Assembly: GCA_014905635.1 (NCBI GenBank)
Contig: CM026547.1
Span: 2,170,001 to 2,234,000, forward strand
DNA: 64,000 bases
Direction: 5' to 3'
Source: Scenedesmus sp. PABB004
Lineage: Eukaryota
Under the pieces are notes generated by a model. The model was not told where the DNA came from. It worked only from the letters and a program-made list of their open reading frames with translations, and made no database searches. How positions within the stretch are numbered: position 1 is the first letter of the stretch; every line of letters begins with the position of its first letter. Position numbers and translations under genes: made by a program. Positions 60,869-64,000 of this stretch are shown piece by piece.

Positions 60869-62936
60869 TCAGAACAAGTGCAGCACGACGGTGCGCTCGA
60901 GCAGCCAGCCCACGCCGAGCGTGGCGCCGCCGACGACGGCCATCTGCAGCACGTTGCGTGCGAGCGTGGCGTTGTCGTCGTGCGGGACGGCCTTGTCCTT
61001 GAGCTCGTTGGTGAGGTGGAAGAGGCGGTTGGAGATGAACACATACACTGACGCCCACGCAGGGGCAGGCGGCGGCGGGGCGGACGGCGGGGCGGGGAGG
61101 GCGGGGCGCAGCAGTGCGCGTCAGCGGGCAGGCGCGTCGGGCCGGCGGCCGCGCAGCCGCGGCCGCCGCGCAGCCGCGCGCGCCCCCCGGCCGCCCGCCC
61201 GCCCCCCAGCGAGGGCCCCCCCCCTCGGACACACGCACGCGCTGTGACGAGGCCAAAGTTGAGCATCGGGTAGCCCGGCAGCAGGCAGAGCAGGTACTTG
61301 GGCTGGCCGTCGGGGACGTCGCTGTGCAGCCAGATGTGGAACTGGCAGAGGTACGTCTCGAGCGTCACGCAGCCGAGCCAGCCGTAGAGGCGCGCGCTGA
61401 ACGTGCGGCACCGCGGCGTGAGGTTGCGCACGACGATCCAGAGCGTGAGCGGGATCCAGCTCGTGAAGGGGTGGACCTTGTTGTACTCGAGCTTGGGCAG
61501 GCTGTACACGGTGTGGTAGTAGACCGCCAGCGCCGCGGCGACGCCGGCGAGCAGCGCCGCGCGCGCGCCCGCGGCGGTCAGGCGCGGCAGGCCGTCGACC
61601 GCGGCGAGCGCGCGGCTCGCGGCGGGGTGCAGGTACGCGCAGACCATGCCCCAGATCCACACGTAGCGGTCGAGCCCGCTGCGGAAGTACCACTCTGCGC
61701 GCCCCGGCGGCGGCGCGGTGGTGGCGGCGGCGGCGTGGGCGCGGGTGGGCGCAGAGGCGCGGGCGCGAGCACGCACGCGTGCGTGCGTGGTGAGGCACGC
61801 AGCGGGCGCGCGGCCGCACCGTGCAGGCGGTCCTGGTTGGCGCCCTTGCGGGGGTCGGTGTAGCCCACGAGCCAGTCGAGGGGGCCCCAGATGGCATAAA
61901 ACACGGGCTTCACGTCCCACAGCACAAACACGGCCACAAAGCACAGCGCAATCCTGCGAGGCGCGGCGCGGCGCGCGGCGCGGGCTCGCGCGGCGGCGGG
62001 CGCGTCGCGGCGCAGGTCGCGCGGGTCGCCGCGGGTCGCTGCTGTGCGCACTTGGTCCACATCCACGCGGGCGTCTTGTTGAGGTGCGACGCGATGCCGA
62101 GGGCGGCGTAGACAAAGACGGTGAAGATGGTGTGCATGGGGCAGATGTAGTAGAGCATGTAACTGTTGCCCAGCACGGCGCAGCAGAAGAGGACCAGGAA
62201 GTTGAGGCGCCACATCATCTGGCAAAACCTGGGCCGCGCCGCGGCGACACACGGCGTGGGCGCGAGCAGCCGCGGGCGCGTCAGCCGCGTGCCTGTGGCG
62301 CGGCCCCGCGCCGCCGGCCGGCCCGCGGCTGCGGCGGCTGCGGCGGCCGCGGGGGCTGACCGTCCGACGCTGAAATCGCCCGTGCGGTAGTAGTAGGTGA
62401 AGTTGCCGTACCCCGTCATCCACACGTAGCCTGCAATGAAGATGCGGATGGCGTTGTAGAGCTCACGCGCCTCAAAGTAGTGGTACAGCAGGAACAGCAC
62501 CTGGCAGGGAGGCAGGGCGGGGCAGGGTTGGCGGCAGGGTTGGCGGCAGGGTGGCGGCAGGGCGGCGGCGGCAGGCCCGGCAGGGCGGCGGCAGGGTGGC
62601 GGCGGCAGGGGAGGGGAAGCGGCTGCGCGCCGCCCCCCCCCCCCCACACACGCGCGCGCGCACCTGCATCCAGCCCTTCCACTCCTCCGTCTGCGGCCGG
62701 TTGAGCAGCAGCGGCGTGCGCACGGGCTGCAGCGAGCTGCCGACCGCGACCGCGGTGAGGCAGGCAAAGAGGAACCAGAAGAGGTCCCGGCTGTACCACT
62801 GCGCGGCGGCAGCGCGGGCAGCGGGCGGCGGCAGCGGGCAGGGCGTGGCGGTGTGTGTGTGCGTTGCGTGTGTGCACGCGGGGCGAGCTGCCAGCAGGGC
62901 GCGTGCGCGGGCGCGGGCGGGCCGCCGCGGCGCAAC

Positions 62937-62972
<36 letters not shown>

Positions 62973-63976
62973 TCTCCGACTGCCAGAAGATGTTGGTGCG
63001 GTCGCACATGTAGAACCACACCAGGATGCTGCCAAACTCCACGCTGCGGCGCCGCGCCCGGGCGGCGCGTGCGGCAGGTCAGCCGGAGGCTTCCCCCCGC
63101 CCTGCCGGCCGCAGCCGTGACAGCCCCAGCGTTGGCGGCGCTGCCAGCTGGCCGGCCCCGCCGCGCGCCGGCCCCGCCGCTCACATGTGCAGCAGCGTGT
63201 CCTTTGAGCCCAGCACCGCGCTCTGCTCCAGCCGCAAGCACCTGCGGCGCACGGGCGGGCGGCGCGCGTCGGCGCGCGCCTGCTGGCAGCCGCCGCGGCC
63301 TGCTGCCTGCCGCGCCGCCTGCCGCGCACCTGAACAGCGGCGTGCTCCAGAAGCCCGCCAGCACGGCCGACGGCTTGACGCTGCTGCTGCCGCCCCCGCC
63401 GCCGCCGCCGTCGCCGCCGCCGCCGCCGGGCGCCGCCGCTGCGCCGTCCTTGTCGCCGCCGTTCACGAGCGCCGTCGTTTCGATCGCCTCGTGCGCTTTG
63501 CTCTCAATGTCCGGGTCCGACAGGTGCACCTTCATCGCCGCCAGCGTCGCGGTCCTGCGTGCCGCGCGCCCGGCGCCCGCTCGGCCGCTGCCCCCGCCCG
63601 CGGCGCCGGGCGGCGCTGCCGCCCACGCCGCCCCTGCCGCCCCTGCCGCGCCGCGCGCCGCGCGCGCACTTGGCTCTGCTCAGCGCCAGCGCGTAAAGGT
63701 AGAGGCCGATGGCCCAGAGGTAGGCCACGCAGAAGCTGACCTGGTGGCGAGCGGCGGCGAGCGGCGCCAGGCGCCGCAGCAGTTGGCGGCCGCGCCGGCG
63801 CCGCCGGGCGTCCATGCCGTTCCAGCGCGCGGCGGGAGGTGGGGCAGCGCCGCGGCACCGTGATCGGCCCGCCGCCGCGGCCCCTGGCGCCGCACCTGGC
63901 CGACGGTGGGCAGGAACAGGGCGGCTTCCCGGGTCTGCGCGGCGGGCGGTGCCGCCGGCGCGCCCTCCGCGCCCAT
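60869..63976 (-). CDS. CAS1-domain / RWA-like polysaccharide O-acetyltransferase, multi-exon
   Basis: [104 protein letters not shown] at 60871-60869. Confidence 0.93.
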
Positions 63977-64000
63977 GTTCGTTCCTCCTGTGCTCAGTAT

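Overview
Extremely GC-rich, intron-rich eukaryotic DNA with short introns (about 80-250 nt) and GTGCG/GCGCG donors. Gene content and intron style point to a chlorophyte green alga (inference). Most ORFs in the six-frame track are GC-rich shadows, so real genes were rebuilt from protein motifs and splice sites. In order: HslU ATPase (5'-partial), ATG1 kinase, an orphan RPS18 fragment, a large Fanzor locus, NRS/ER, an M43 metalloprotease, malic enzyme, an mS45-like mitoribosomal protein, an M50 protease, an unknown protein, a receptor-like kinase, an inverted deleted copy of PLD, KIF-binding protein, C2-phospholipase D, an unknown Cys-rich protein, OHCU decarboxylase/HIU hydrolase, Obg GTPase, two diverged unknown paralogs each behind a near-identical ~630 bp repeat, and a CAS1/RWA O-acetyltransferase. 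The standout is 6337-~14000 (minus strand): a spliced Fanzor1 (eukaryotic TnpB-like RNA-guided nuclease) with an intact RuvC D-E-D triad. It is fused in frame to an N-terminal CtIP/Sae2-like CxxC-RHR domain and a putative OTU-like Cys/His protease. Downstream lie a hairpin-rich candidate omegaRNA and a stranded RPS18 exon fragment. All calls are by eye; no searches were run.
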